A stretch of DNA of 53,200 nt from the IMG/VR virus record IMGVR_UViG_3300027787_000002, positions 1 to 53,200 of that record; one strand, written 5' to 3'. The DNA comes from a virus. Its lineage: Duplodnaviria; Caudoviricetes. The position numbers and the translations under genes were made by a program. The notes under the pieces were generated by a model. It ran no database searches. It worked only from the letters and a program-made list of their open reading frames with translations, and had not been told where the DNA came from. Below are positions 37,083-47,085 of the stretch, piece by piece. Positions within the stretch are counted from its first letter, which is position 1. Every line of letters starts with the position of its first letter.

Positions 37083-37532
37083 CTAAGGGTTGTTCGGGAG
37101 TCGTTCCTGTGTCTCTACTTGGAACGTAATTCTAGTAGATCGCAATGTAGTGTTCTGCTTGTTCGAATAGCCTGATTGCATTTCAGTTACGTAACAATGG
37201 ATTGCTAGTCCAAAGAAGGTTCCGTCTGTATTGACTAGGGTGGCAATGTCTTCCGCTAGCCTGTCAGCGTCTCTACGGTTTGATTGCAGGTCACGAATCT
37301 CACTGTGATACACTAGCAGGTACACTTCAAGGAAGACCTCAGTCATCCTACCTGCACCGTATAGGCTTACCTTCTTGGTGTTGGGTTCAACGCATACGGC
37401 AGGTGAAGCAGGAATACGTTCTTGATCGCCGTAGAACACACCGCCGTCGGCAATGCCCAAGTCTTCTGCTTGAGCCTCTAGTAATGCAACAAGCTTATCA
37501 CAAACCTCGGAGAGCTTAGTGGCTAAGGCCAT
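37083..37532 (-). CDS. Putative tail terminator
   Basis: Size and position; PAVCV motif. Confidence 0.65.
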   Translation of the reverse strand: MALATKLSEVCDKLVALLEAQAEDLGIADGGVFYGDQERIPASPAVCVEPNTKKVSLYGAGRMTEVFLEVYLLVYHSEIRDLQSNRRDADRLAEDIATLVNTDGTFFGLAIHCYVTEMQSGYSNKQNTTLRSTRITFQVETQERLPNNP

Positions 37533-38047
37533 TATCTACCTGCCCAACGAGCTATGATACGCTCGTCCAACCACTTAGCAAAGACTTCCGTAATCTTCTC
37601 GTAGTCCTCATCCTGAAACATAATAAAGGGTCGTGCGGGAATAATGCCCTTTGGACCCTTACCTCCCTTACCGCCGGTCTGATGTAGGTTACCGTACCAG
37701 ACGTTAGGAGGTAGACTGTTTAGGGTGGCGTCTTCCTTACCAATGGTCCAGATTGCCAATGTAGTAGCTGTACGCTTTAGTGCACCTGTCTTGTCCAACA
37801 TACTCCTAGACATGTCTATGCCTAGCATCTCATGGAACTCAATCGTACTAGCTGCATAGGGAGCCCAAGCGGGCCGACCCTGAGCATCGAAGTTGGCACG
37901 AATACTAGGAATGATTACCTGCTGAACGGAGCGCTTCAATGGTTCATGAAGAGATCTGAGATCGACGCTTAGGAGTAGCAGATCACGTCGGATAACAGAC
38001 AGTGAGGGTTTGAACGTCAGTTCGAGAAACGGTTCGCCTGTAGCCAT
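37532..38047 (-). CDS. Virion morphogenesis / tail completion protein (Mu gpG-like)
   Basis: NFDAQGRPAW, L..TG.L, HQTG, IPARPF. Confidence 0.8.
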   Translation of the reverse strand: MATGEPFLELTFKPSLSVIRRDLLLLSVDLRSLHEPLKRSVQQVIIPSIRANFDAQGRPAWAPYAASTIEFHEMLGIDMSRSMLDKTGALKRTATTLAIWTIGKEDATLNSLPPNVWYGNLHQTGGKGGKGPKGIIPARPFIMFQDEDYEKITEVFAKWLDERIIARWAGR

Positions 38048-38055
38048 CTCTCTCC

Positions 38056-38511
38056 CTAGAAGACTGTACCCATTGAGAACTTAGCAGGTCCTAGACTCGG
38101 ATCCTCGACAGTAGCCTCTAGCGCTGAAGAAGCATCTGTAGGGTAGAACGATGGTTCACTGGAGTCGCCTACGGGCTCAACCCCTGGAATCTCTGTAATA
38201 CCGTCAATGATGTTCTGAAGCATCGCGTCTGCCATAGCCATAAGCTTATCAGCATACGCGTTAGTGTCGGTATTGTCGTCCGAGTACAGCTTGTTGTACG
38301 TCCACGCCGCATAGTACATGGCGATGATAGTCTTGACAAGCTGAGGAGTATTCAGCGAGGTAGTCCAGCTCGAGGTGTCATAGACCGCTGCTACTCTTCC
38401 GAGTATCTGGGACGATACCTGAACCTCGAGCCCACCATCAAGTTGTACACCCAGATCAAGTTTGTTGCGCTGGCACCAAACCTGAGCTTCCTCGACAGTG
38501 ATGTTACCCAT
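38056..38511 (-). CDS. Head-tail adaptor (Mu gp36-like)
   Basis: Position; helical pattern P.LVK.I...A..ML..I.DG. Confidence 0.65.
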   Translation of the reverse strand: MGNITVEEAQVWCQRNKLDLGVQLDGGLEVQVSSQILGRVAAVYDTSSWTTSLNTPQLVKTIIAMYYAAWTYNKLYSDDNTDTNAYADKLMAMADAMLQNIIDGITEIPGVEPVGDSSEPSFYPTDASSALEATVEDPSLGPAKFSMGTVF

Positions 38512-38514
38512 GAG

Positions 38515-38814
38515 CTACTTCGCCGGAGCCTTCACTGCAGTCTTAGCAGCAGGAGGATTCGGAGACGCAGGAGCTTCCTGACGAGCCTTGACCGCTGCGA
38601 GCTCTGCCTGCAAGTCAGCGACCTGCTGGAGCAGTTCGTCCTTCTCTGCATCCTTGTCGGCCTGAGTCATTGCAGGCTCACCGATAGCTCCGAGCTCCCG
38701 GAACTCGTCCAGCGTGTCTGCAGGAACCTTGTCGACCTTATCACCTTCGGCGACAGAGACACGATTGCCCTTGTCGTCGATGTACTCTAGCCCGGTAAGG
38801 GCAACCTCTGCCAT
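38515..38814 (-). CDS. Hypothetical protein after capsid
   Basis: GD.V...L..LGAI motif followed by coiled coil. Confidence 0.65.
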   Translation of the reverse strand: MAEVALTGLEYIDDKGNRVSVAEGDKVDKVPADTLDEFRELGAIGEPAMTQADKDAEKDELLQQVADLQAELAAVKARQEAPASPNPPAAKTAVKAPAK

Positions 38815-39029
38815 CAGTATGGCCTCCAAACGTTTGTCTGTGTTGCGGTAGTGCGTCGCGCAACAGCTACGCCTCCGTTGAGAGCTACGCGCGAACGGTT
38901 AGAGTCTACCACGGCTAGCACTAGATTGTTCTGATCGGTAACCGCAGTCACCTTAGCAGATTGCCACCTAGCGCTAGCCGTGATGTAGCTCACGTTATCG
39001 CCTAGCTTGATCACGTAGGCGTTAGCCAT
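38814..39029 (-). CDS. Small beta-rich protein
   Basis: TAATG-coupled to capsid gene. Confidence 0.6.
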   Translation of the reverse strand: MANAYVIKLGDNVSYITASARWQSAKVTAVTDQNNLVLAVVDSNRSRVALNGGVAVARRTTATQTNVWRPY

Positions 39030-40030
39030 TACGCGATCGCAGCCTTGATGATGTAGCCGGTAACGGACTTGCCGAAGTCACCTGATGCAGGGTTGATCTC
39101 GTTACCGATCATCTTCAGGTCGTAACGACGCTGGCACCGAATGAGGTCGGACTTGCGCTGATCCTCACGCCACCGGTCGACAACCTGAGCAGTCCCACCG
39201 TAGTTCCAGGTGAACTCGTAGCCGAAGGCAGGAATCTTGAGACCCGCTCGAGCAGGAACCCAAGCCATGATGACATCCTTGCCCCAGAGGTAGCCGACCG
39301 AGATCGCGTTACCCAAAGCACCAGGAGCACCAGTACCGACACCAACACCAGGAACGATGACCCTCTGGATACCGAACACAGCGGCGATGATCTCGGGCGT
39401 CAGGATTGCTCGCTCAGAGTACTTGATCCGCTCGATGATGTCCGGATGATCCTCGAGGGTCGACATCACCAGGTACGGGATGACTGCGAGGTTGGGCTCC
39501 ATGAAGATCTTAGCGTGAACGGCACGCATGCCCGTGCGCCAGTCACCAATCGGGTCTGACGTAGCGTAAGCGCTCCACTGAGTACCACCAGCCAACGTGA
39601 CCGACAGACCTGAGGCGTAGTTCGCCGTAGTGGTCACCATGGTCTTCATGGCAAGCTCACGACCCAGGAGGATCTTGGCCGTCAGGAGATCCGTAGCGTC
39701 ACGATCAGGCGAGAAGGCCGAGTCGGTGTTCTCTCGTTCCTCATCAGGCACCGCCATCTGCAGCGCGTGCTCCTGAGCGTAGTACGTGTCCTGCGACACA
39801 GTGAAGCCGGGGATCTCGTTCGCCTCAGTACCAGGCGCACGATAGTCCGACGTCTCTGCGAGCCATGCCTCACGGCCGAACATGTAGTACTTGTCCGACT
39901 GCTTCTTCACTCCGACGGAGGGGAAGAGAGCTTCACCGACGAAAGCGTTGTTCGGAAATGCGAGCGAGATCTGGGTAAGGATCTGATCGATGTGCGTTCC
40001 ACCGGACCCAGTGGGACTCCAAACAGTCAC
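39029..40030 (-). CDS. Major capsid protein
   Basis: 333 aa; LFPSV.V, RAPGTEA, W...TSDP; GC-rich codon third positions; follows protease and decoration genes. Confidence 0.88.
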   Translation of the reverse strand: MTVWSPTGSGGTHIDQILTQISLAFPNNAFVGEALFPSVGVKKQSDKYYMFGREAWLAETSDYRAPGTEANEIPGFTVSQDTYYAQEHALQMAVPDEERENTDSAFSPDRDATDLLTAKILLGRELAMKTMVTTTANYASGLSVTLAGGTQWSAYATSDPIGDWRTGMRAVHAKIFMEPNLAVIPYLVMSTLEDHPDIIERIKYSERAILTPEIIAAVFGIQRVIVPGVGVGTGAPGALGNAISVGYLWGKDVIMAWVPARAGLKIPAFGYEFTWNYGGTAQVVDRWREDQRKSDLIRCQRRYDLKMIGNEINPASGDFGKSVTGYIIKAAIA

Positions 40031-40051
40031 AGCGAGATACCTCCCTTCCTG

Positions 40052-40465
40052 TTAGAACGTGCCACCGGGGGTCAGCAGCATGTCGAAGAATTCGTTTGCG
40101 TTTGACGTCGCCGTGAGAGCGATACCGAAGCAAGGCTGAGGCTGTGCACCAGCAGCAGCACGAGTAATCACAACGCCTCGAGCGGAGGTGTCGTTGGTAA
40201 TGCGAGCGTTCTTGGTAACCGCTGCACCGCACTTGACTCGGACGATACCCATGAGGGCTACGCCGATGAACGCCTTGTTGGTAGACACCTTGGCGATGTC
40301 AATGTCTTCGACACACACGCCCAGAGGAACAAGCGTCGAAGCGGAAGTCGCGCGCGCAACCGACTGTTCGACGGAACCTGCAACGACCAGGTCGCCCGAG
40401 CCGTATGCAACGCTACCCTGAGCAAGAAAGCCCTTGTTCAGGACGTAGTTAGGACCGACACCCAT
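40052..40465 (-). CDS. Capsid decoration/cement protein
   Basis: G.V.V..G.AV...GIALTA pattern; position. Confidence 0.75.
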   Translation of the reverse strand: MGVGPNYVLNKGFLAQGSVAYGSGDLVVAGSVEQSVARATSASTLVPLGVCVEDIDIAKVSTNKAFIGVALMGIVRVKCGAAVTKNARITNDTSARGVVITRAAAGAQPQPCFGIALTATSNANEFFDMLLTPGGTF

Positions 40466-41586
40466 TAGTTAGCACCTCCCGGCTGAACAGCGTAGGACGC
40501 ACCGGCGTAGTTGCGGTAGGCGTCAGGGTTCTCCAGTGCGACCTTCTGAACAGCGTCGACGTAGGAGAGCTTGTGATCGGTCTGAGCCTTGGAGACCAGG
40601 TCCGAGAACTGCTTGATGGGATCGGAACCGTTCTGGTTCTGCTGACCAGCTCCACCCTTCTCACCCAGGACGACGAAGCCTGTCTCGCCGAGTGCCTTGA
40701 CCATCTCCAGCACGATCTTGCCTGTGGTGTCAGGCGTCTCGTGGAGGACCTTGGTCAGGGTCTCGATGACAGCTGCAGGGATAGCAATGTCCTTGGCGCG
40801 AAGCTCTTCGCCAAGCTGCATGACGTTGCCTCGAACTTCGGCCAGTCGAAGTGCTGCCGTAGTCCTAGCGGACGTTTCGCGTAGCTCCTTCTGCTGGTCC
40901 ATCAGAAGCTTGATCGCCGGGTTGGTCTCGGCCAGCTTCTTCAGTTCAGCATCGGCGTCACTCAGAGTGACCGGAGGCTTGTTAGCCTTCTCCTGGAGCT
41001 CTTTGATCTTAGCCAGAATGACGTCTTCGGACGCACCTTCGGCCAGACCCAGAAGCTCAGCGAACTTCTTCGGATCCATCTCTTTCCTTTCTTCTGGGTC
41101 TTCCGAGTGGTCGAGCATTTCGGAAAGATTCAATGGGGACAGGTCCTTCAAGAAAGGCCTGTTAGTAATTGCCCCTCCGTTGAGTACATCCTGGAACTTA
41201 GCTTTGGTCTTAGGATGTTCCCACTCATCAACGAATTCGGGCGAGAAGTACTTGTAGGCTTTCGACTTGATTTTCTCTGCAGCTGTCTTGGTCCACTCAA
41301 CGAACAGGTACAGTCCGTCAGCTCGTACTTCCGCGTTCTTGACCCAGCCGGCAGCGTCTCCGGTTCGCGCCTTGTGGTCGTAGTCGATATCGGGTTCAAT
41401 TTCCCGTACCTTGTCTACGACGCTCCGGGCGAATCTCTTGAGCCTATCTTCGGTGAATGCAATCTCGCCGTATACGGGATGATCGTACTTCCCTACAGTC
41501 ATTGCGTGAATCCAGGATGAGGGAGTTTCGCCCTCGCTAAGGTTAACCTGTGACAGGTCAACCAAGTAGCTCATCCGCTGAGTCAT
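40465..41586 (-). CDS. Mu-like prohead protease with scaffold domain
   Basis: IDYDH, AAGW, VEWT, YKYFSPEF, AITNRPF; helical C-terminus. Confidence 0.9.
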   Translation of the reverse strand: MTQRMSYLVDLSQVNLSEGETPSSWIHAMTVGKYDHPVYGEIAFTEDRLKRFARSVVDKVREIEPDIDYDHKARTGDAAGWVKNAEVRADGLYLFVEWTKTAAEKIKSKAYKYFSPEFVDEWEHPKTKAKFQDVLNGGAITNRPFLKDLSPLNLSEMLDHSEDPEERKEMDPKKFAELLGLAEGASEDVILAKIKELQEKANKPPVTLSDADAELKKLAETNPAIKLLMDQQKELRETSARTTAALRLAEVRGNVMQLGEELRAKDIAIPAAVIETLTKVLHETPDTTGKIVLEMVKALGETGFVVLGEKGGAGQQNQNGSDPIKQFSDLVSKAQTDHKLSYVDAVQKVALENPDAYRNYAGASYAVQPGGAN

Positions 41587-41594
41587 CGCATCGC

Positions 41595-41614
41595 CCTCCT
41601 TACCTCTTATTGTA
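41595..41614 (-). promoter_or_regulatory. Putative late promoter/leader
   Basis: TACAATAAGAGGTAAGGAGG, nearly identical to the element before the small terminase. Confidence 0.55.
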
Positions 41615-41651
41615 GCTTAACCCTATATGTGACTACCACTAGCCTGTATAT

Positions 41652-43778
41652 CTAGGTATGAGATGTTATATTGAAGCGTGCAGGATTGGCTGTAATACTT
41701 CCGTCAGGACCTATAATGGTAACGGAGACTGAACCACTCTTACCAGTAACATACTGCGGACGACCTTGGGAAGTACTCAAGTAGGTCGCAGTAGTAACAC
41801 TAGGTGAAACTGTTGCGCCTGCCTGAGCGATGCGCCCCAGCGTGGAAGAGACCACAGGGCTTGGGGAGGTAATGGCTAGTACATTACCGGTCTTGCCTAG
41901 AACAGCTACAGTGGTAACGCTAGCATTGACTACCTGCGATACACCAGTGACAGCTGTAACATTAGCTGGAGGGTTGAGTACGGGACTTACAGTAGCTGTG
42001 ACGCTACCAAACTTACTGACAAAGCCACTTACGGTTAGTGAGGCATTGACAACTTGAGCTACTGACAACCCTGCAGCAGCTACGAATCCTGATGCAGTAA
42101 GGGAAGCACTCTCGGTAAGCGTAGTCCCAGCAAAGAGCGAAACCGAACCTGAGACAGTGGAACTAGCTGTGACGGTTTGATTTACTGCTCCGAAGGCCCC
42201 TACTACGCCTGCAGTTATTAGTGACGCTGTTTCGGTAGATGTGACGTTTACGAACCTAGCAACTACAGCTGCAGTAGTAATGGCAGGCGAGATAGTAGGA
42301 CTAGCGTTTCCTACGACCCCGACAATACCACTTATGGTGGAGCTAGGAGTAACGGTCTCCGATACATTCCCGAATATAACTGTGCCAACAGAAGCTGTAA
42401 TGGTCGTAACGGGTCCAACGGTCTGACTTACGTTACCTACCTTACCGGCTACTCCTGTGACCGTAGAGCTGTCGTTGATGGTTAGGGAAGCTGCTCCACT
42501 TAGTGCGGTTGTTGCAGCAGTAGTAACTACAGGACCCTCGGTAGCTGTTACACTACCTACCTTAGTAACAAAACCAGAAACGGTCGAGCTCGCAGTAACT
42601 GTTTGTGATACGTTACCTACTGCACCAGCCACACCAGTATTAGTTGAGCTGTCAGTAACAGTTAGCGATACGTTACCGAACTTAGCAACAACGCCTACGA
42701 TAGTTGAACTAGCAGTAGTTGTAGCACTTACGTCACCAAAGCGAGCACCAGCACTAATGTTCGTGGTAGCAGTAATAGTCTCGGAGACATTACCTACTGC
42801 ACCTACAACTCCGGTATTAGTCGAGGCTGCTGTTACGGTAAGGTTGACATCACCCGACCTAGCTACGACACCGGTGTTAGTGGAAGCAGCAGTTACAGTT
42901 GCACTTACATCTCCAACCTTACCGACAACGCCGGTAATGGTAGAGCTGGCAGTTACCGTTAGGGTAGCTGCTCCGGATCTTGCTACAACACCTGTGTTCG
43001 TGGAGCTATCGGTAATGGTAGCACTAACGTTGCCTACCTTACCTACAACACCCGTGATGGTACTGCTTGCAGTAACAGTAGCGCTTACATCTCCAGGTAT
43101 AGTAAACCCTGGTAGCAGATACCCAACCAAGCCAGTTCGACCGACATCAGCTGTTACAGTCGTAGCAGTAACCGAGCCTGTAGCGGTAGCAGTTGTCTGC
43201 GCCAGCGTAGCAATGGTGTTGGCTCCTGCAATGTCTACCTGTTCGGTAAACCCTGTAGGAGGAGTCCAACCACCAGCATTGAAGTTAGTACCCATGAAGA
43301 GTACCAGACAGTTATTAGAGCTAGGCGTAAGCGTTGCAACTGCAGGTGTTACGTTGCTAGACCCTACACTGTCCGTGGTAGCAGTATTAACTGGACTACC
43401 AAACGGATCACCTGAGGTTGTGCAAGCAGTAAACCTTTGAGCAAAGCCCTCAGCCCATACAGATCCTGTCCAGGAGAAGTCGTAGGTGCCAGAGTCAGCT
43501 CCTGAGGGACGCTTGTAGTAAATGTAATGATTATGAAGGTGTGATCCTGCACATGTAACAGTCGTCTTAAGAGTAAAACCTGCAGGAGGTGTTACAGCTG
43601 CAGTAGACTCCTTATACAAACCAATGATAATTACTTCCCCAGGTGTCCCTGTTACACCTGAAGGTACAGGTATACTAGCTGTGGTCCTATTCGCGCCTGC
43701 TAATGTCCCAGTTGCTTGAGGGATGGGAGTAGTAAGTATGATGTTACCAGGACTTCGTAGCAGCAGGAGCAAACTCAC
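41652..43778 (-). CDS. Fibre-like protein with about 22 copies of a 20-aa repeat
   Basis: GNVSATVTASSTITGVVGKV-type tandem repeats after a globular N-terminal domain. Confidence 0.75.
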   Translation of the reverse strand: MSLLLLLRSPGNIILTTPIPQATGTLAGANRTTASIPVPSGVTGTPGEVIIIGLYKESTAAVTPPAGFTLKTTVTCAGSHLHNHYIYYKRPSGADSGTYDFSWTGSVWAEGFAQRFTACTTSGDPFGSPVNTATTDSVGSSNVTPAVATLTPSSNNCLVLFMGTNFNAGGWTPPTGFTEQVDIAGANTIATLAQTTATATGSVTATTVTADVGRTGLVGYLLPGFTIPGDVSATVTASSTITGVVGKVGNVSATITDSSTNTGVVARSGAATLTVTASSTITGVVGKVGDVSATVTAASTNTGVVARSGDVNLTVTAASTNTGVVGAVGNVSETITATTNISAGARFGDVSATTTASSTIVGVVAKFGNVSLTVTDSSTNTGVAGAVGNVSQTVTASSTVSGFVTKVGSVTATEGPVVTTAATTALSGAASLTINDSSTVTGVAGKVGNVSQTVGPVTTITASVGTVIFGNVSETVTPSSTISGIVGVVGNASPTISPAITTAAVVARFVNVTSTETASLITAGVVGAFGAVNQTVTASSTVSGSVSLFAGTTLTESASLTASGFVAAAGLSVAQVVNASLTVSGFVSKFGSVTATVSPVLNPPANVTAVTGVSQVVNASVTTVAVLGKTGNVLAITSPSPVVSSTLGRIAQAGATVSPSVTTATYLSTSQGRPQYVTGKSGSVSVTIIGPDGSITANPARFNITSHT

Positions 43779-43794
43779 CTGTAACTCCTTTCTG

Positions 43795-45573
43795 CTACTT
43801 GGACTTCTTCATCCCCAGGTAGGGAACTGTACCGGTCAATACTCCACCCGTAGGCCACGATCCTGGCATAGCACCTGTTGCCTGACCAGTGAGCTGCCAC
43901 CCCATGTAGCCACCTGCAACAGGAAGACCCGTAGTCCCAACATTAGGTAGCAGGTCATTAGCTCCAGTCATAGCACGGAGGATCTGCGACGTCCCTACAG
44001 TATCGATTTTAATCGACAGCCAATACAATCCAGGGTCAGGTACGAAGGTCGTAGTGAACGTTGAGGAGGTCTTGACACCTGTAGAGTTTGCAACGGAGAA
44101 TGCACCAGCAACGCTGACATCCATTCCGGAGAGCAGCTCCGCAGGATACCCGTCGTAGTTGACATCTTCGTAGAGTCCCCAGCGGATCGTCGACTGTGTA
44201 GACCCTGCAGTCGTAACCTCAATCGCGAACTGGTTCCACTGGTCGCGCGGCTCGGTAATCTCCAACGGAATCGCGAACATGTGTCCTGCGACAGGAGTAT
44301 ACGTTCCTGTAATGGCATCATAATCAGACGTATACCAGTTGTTCACTACTCTAGGTCTACGTCGACCAGCAACACGAGGAGAAGGAGGATTGAAGCCAAT
44401 AGACGAGGACGTAGCTGATGCCGGAGGACTCATACGGTTCAAGGCGGCAAGCATAGCATCCACGATCTTACCCGACCCGTACTCGTTCGGGTGGATGCCA
44501 TCAGAGAATGCAGCAGCGTCCTTGCCTACAAGGGAGTTACAGTCTGCGAGCTGGACCATCCCGTCGAACTCGGTCAGCATTGTTGCCAACAAGCCGTTGT
44601 AGGTATCGATATCGGCGTCCCAGCCAGCCTCGTTCGACTGACCAGTCCAAGTGGTGAAGAATGCATTCAATGCCGAGTAACCAGCAGTAGTAGGCTTTGA
44701 GACGTTACAGACAATTACTGGCGGAGGAGTATTCGACTCTAGCCACGCACCGTCGAAGAAGCCTGACCCGGTACCTCCATCACGTGCTGTGCAAGTACCG
44801 ATAATCGTCTGACCGGCATTGGCTGACGTCAGACCCGTAAACCGATAGACCATGTAGCCGTGCGTGAGGAACGAACCTGGTAGCGACTGACCGGTATTGA
44901 AGGTAGCATTATTGTGTGGCGTTGAAGCAATAGCAGTACCTGTCCAAGTCATCGTGACACCAGTCGAGTCAGGTCGATGCAGGAACGCCCACGCGACAAT
45001 CTCACCCTTGTAGTCCGAAGGTAGGGTCATCGTAATTGTAGCGGCAGTGGTAGTAGCACAGGTCCTGTCTACAGTACCCATGCCCAGGTCGGCACCGCTC
45101 GCGTTACTGGTCCAACCAGCGCCATAAGCGAATACAGCGTCGGTAGTTAGATATTCACGACTAGCTCTAGCCCTACTGATACAAGCCCGATGAGCATGAA
45201 CCATAGAGGTTCTGACGTTAGCTGTCTGACCTCCATAGGCTGCTAGGTCGTTGATACCATAGCAGAATAGTGTACCACCACCATCTGGTGCGTAAGGACC
45301 TGTTCGTCCGGCTGGAGGCTTGATACGCTGCATGACCTTCGTCCAGCCATGACCTCCACCACCCGCACCACCTCTACCAGCGCCTACGATCCGTCCGCCA
45401 GCACTACCGAAGTTCTTCCATGAGTTGTACTCAACATCTAGTGCCGATCGAAACAACGCATCAACTCGACCAGTCTGATCACCTGAGGGACCATTCTGGA
45501 ACTGGAGCCACGAGTGACCAAAGGCTCGCCAGAAATCTACCTTAAGTGGAGCCTTTGCAGGATATAGAGGCAT
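43795..45573 (-). CDS. SGNH/GDSL esterase-domain virion protein
   Basis: FGHSW, G, YGINDL, DGIHPN blocks. Confidence 0.75.
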   Translation of the reverse strand: MPLYPAKAPLKVDFWRAFGHSWLQFQNGPSGDQTGRVDALFRSALDVEYNSWKNFGSAGGRIVGAGRGGAGGGGHGWTKVMQRIKPPAGRTGPYAPDGGGTLFCYGINDLAAYGGQTANVRTSMVHAHRACISRARASREYLTTDAVFAYGAGWTSNASGADLGMGTVDRTCATTTAATITMTLPSDYKGEIVAWAFLHRPDSTGVTMTWTGTAIASTPHNNATFNTGQSLPGSFLTHGYMVYRFTGLTSANAGQTIIGTCTARDGGTGSGFFDGAWLESNTPPPVIVCNVSKPTTAGYSALNAFFTTWTGQSNEAGWDADIDTYNGLLATMLTEFDGMVQLADCNSLVGKDAAAFSDGIHPNEYGSGKIVDAMLAALNRMSPPASATSSSIGFNPPSPRVAGRRRPRVVNNWYTSDYDAITGTYTPVAGHMFAIPLEITEPRDQWNQFAIEVTTAGSTQSTIRWGLYEDVNYDGYPAELLSGMDVSVAGAFSVANSTGVKTSSTFTTTFVPDPGLYWLSIKIDTVGTSQILRAMTGANDLLPNVGTTGLPVAGGYMGWQLTGQATGAMPGSWPTGGVLTGTVPYLGMKKSK

Positions 45574-45956
45574 TAGGCGCTAGTCACCAACTTCGAATTC
45601 ACAGTTCCACCAGCGAACTGACCAAGCATGGAGATAGCAAAGGTAACTGCATACTCAGGTACCTCATACCGATCACCAGATTCCAAGTACCAGTCGCAAA
45701 CGGTAGCAGTAGGCGCAGTTGAGTCGAATCGCAAGTACACTCGTCCCGACCCAAAGTTCACCATCATGATGCCTAGCCTAGAAGTATCAGCAGCAATCTG
45801 GGAGGTCGATGCAGTCGTAGAGATTGTCCAGGAGTTCTCGGACTCAGCGGTTCCCTTTGCCTTACGGAAGATCTGCTGATGGTCACCGCCCGTAATAGCA
45901 TAGGTATCGATGTTGGTACCGGAGCCTGCCGTAATAGCTACGGCTGAGTCAGCCAT
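45573..45956 (-). CDS. Small beta-rich structural protein
   Basis: Coupled ORF, Thr/Ser-rich. Confidence 0.6.
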   Translation of the reverse strand: MADSAVAITAGSGTNIDTYAITGGDHQQIFRKAKGTAESENSWTISTTASTSQIAADTSRLGIMMVNFGSGRVYLRFDSTAPTATVCDWYLESGDRYEVPEYAVTFAISMLGQFAGGTVNSKLVTSA

Positions 45957-45959
45957 CGG

Positions 45960-46346
45960 TTACGCCGCGATAGGCGAGTAAGCCAGAGTAAGGGTAGTCA
46001 GCGTCAAGGTGTTGGTAGACACCCAAGCCTGAGAAGCAGTCAATGCACCTGACTGCTTGAACGTTCCTGCAGACGAAGCAGTCCAGATGCTGATGTGAGT
46101 AATGGTCTCTGACGTACCACCATTGGTCCATGCACCCAATGAGGAGATCGTCATCGAGCCACCAGAAGCAGCGTTCCAAACCGCAGCGTTCCGAGTAGTC
46201 GACCCGACCGAGACGTTAGCAGTACCGGCGGCTCCTGGGTCACCAGTGTGCAACTGGATGAAGGGAGTAGCTACCAGTGTAGGAGCCACGTTCCGGTAGA
46301 TTTCGAGAATCTGGTTAGCCAGTGAGCTGGCAATACCGACAGTCAT
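45960..46346 (-). CDS. Small virion fibre-type protein (LHTGDPG family)
   Basis: QLHTGDPG..GT...ITHISIW.A...GTF pattern seen in phage minor structural proteins. Confidence 0.65.
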   Translation of the reverse strand: MTVGIASSLANQILEIYRNVAPTLVATPFIQLHTGDPGAAGTANVSVGSTTRNAAVWNAASGGSMTISSLGAWTNGGTSETITHISIWTASSAGTFKQSGALTASQAWVSTNTLTLTTLTLAYSPIAA

Positions 46347-46488
46347 TACTTACTCCATTCATGGTCGCGAGGGCACTCAGGAACGCACGGGTAGTTGCAT
46401 TGAACTTCTGCAGTCGCAGTAATCTTCGGGAGCAGCTTCATTGCTCCGAGGCCGTAATCGACTTCCCAGCCAGGACCCTGTTGTTCAC

Positions 46489-46821
46489 TCATCGCTGCAC
46501 CTGAACCTCTCCTGTCATAACAACCTCTCGAATAGCTGTCTTAGTGAATATTACTTGGAACGGTCTAGTGTCCCAAGCAAACTGTACAGTTGCTGCAGGC
46601 TGATCAAAGATTGCCTCGTTCAAAGTATTGGTCGCCGTCCAAGTAGTAACACTACCACCTAGAACCTCTTCGATCTCGATCGTTATAGTCACACCAGTCA
46701 TGACTGTTGGAATGGTGTTGTTAACATCATCCCAAAAGAAGAAGCTGAACTTGTTCCTGGAGTTATGCTTCACTATCAGTCGAGAGCTGACAGCAGGAGA
46801 ACCAACAGTGAAGACTCTCAT
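46489..46821 (-). CDS. Hypothetical beta-sandwich protein
   Basis: 110 aa ending ..TGEVQV. Confidence 0.55.
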   Translation of the reverse strand: MRVFTVGSPAVSSRLIVKHNSRNKFSFFFWDDVNNTIPTVMTGVTITIEIEEVLGGSVTTWTATNTLNEAIFDQPAATVQFAWDTRPFQVIFTKTAIREVVMTGEVQVQR

Positions 46822-47078
46822 TTCGTCTCACAGTGATAGCCAGTACGAAGTCTTACCAAGGCGTTGTATGTCTCAACCTGTTGAGCTCGCGCCTGCTTAC
46901 CCGAAGGTGTCGTAGGCTCAATTTGTGTCCGAGGATCTACTCTAGTCAGGATAGTAAGCGTATCACACCACTTCTTGTTCTGACTTGTCACATAGTATAC
47001 GGCGAAGCCTCCTGACAAGATCACAGACATGATTACAGAAGCGATTGAGTACTCCAAGCGTACTCTAGCAGTCGTCAT
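46818..47078 (-). CDS. Membrane protein
   Basis: One TM segment, then WC...C C-terminal part. Confidence 0.6.
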   Translation of the reverse strand: MTTARVRLEYSIASVIMSVILSGGFAVYYVTSQNKKWCDTLTILTRVDPRTQIEPTTPSGKQARAQQVETYNALVRLRTGYHCETK

Positions 47079-47085
47079 CTGTGAA

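Noticed and set aside
42457-43440. 327-aa plus-strand ORF
   Set aside because: Antisense shadow of the repeat protein, caused by its codon pattern
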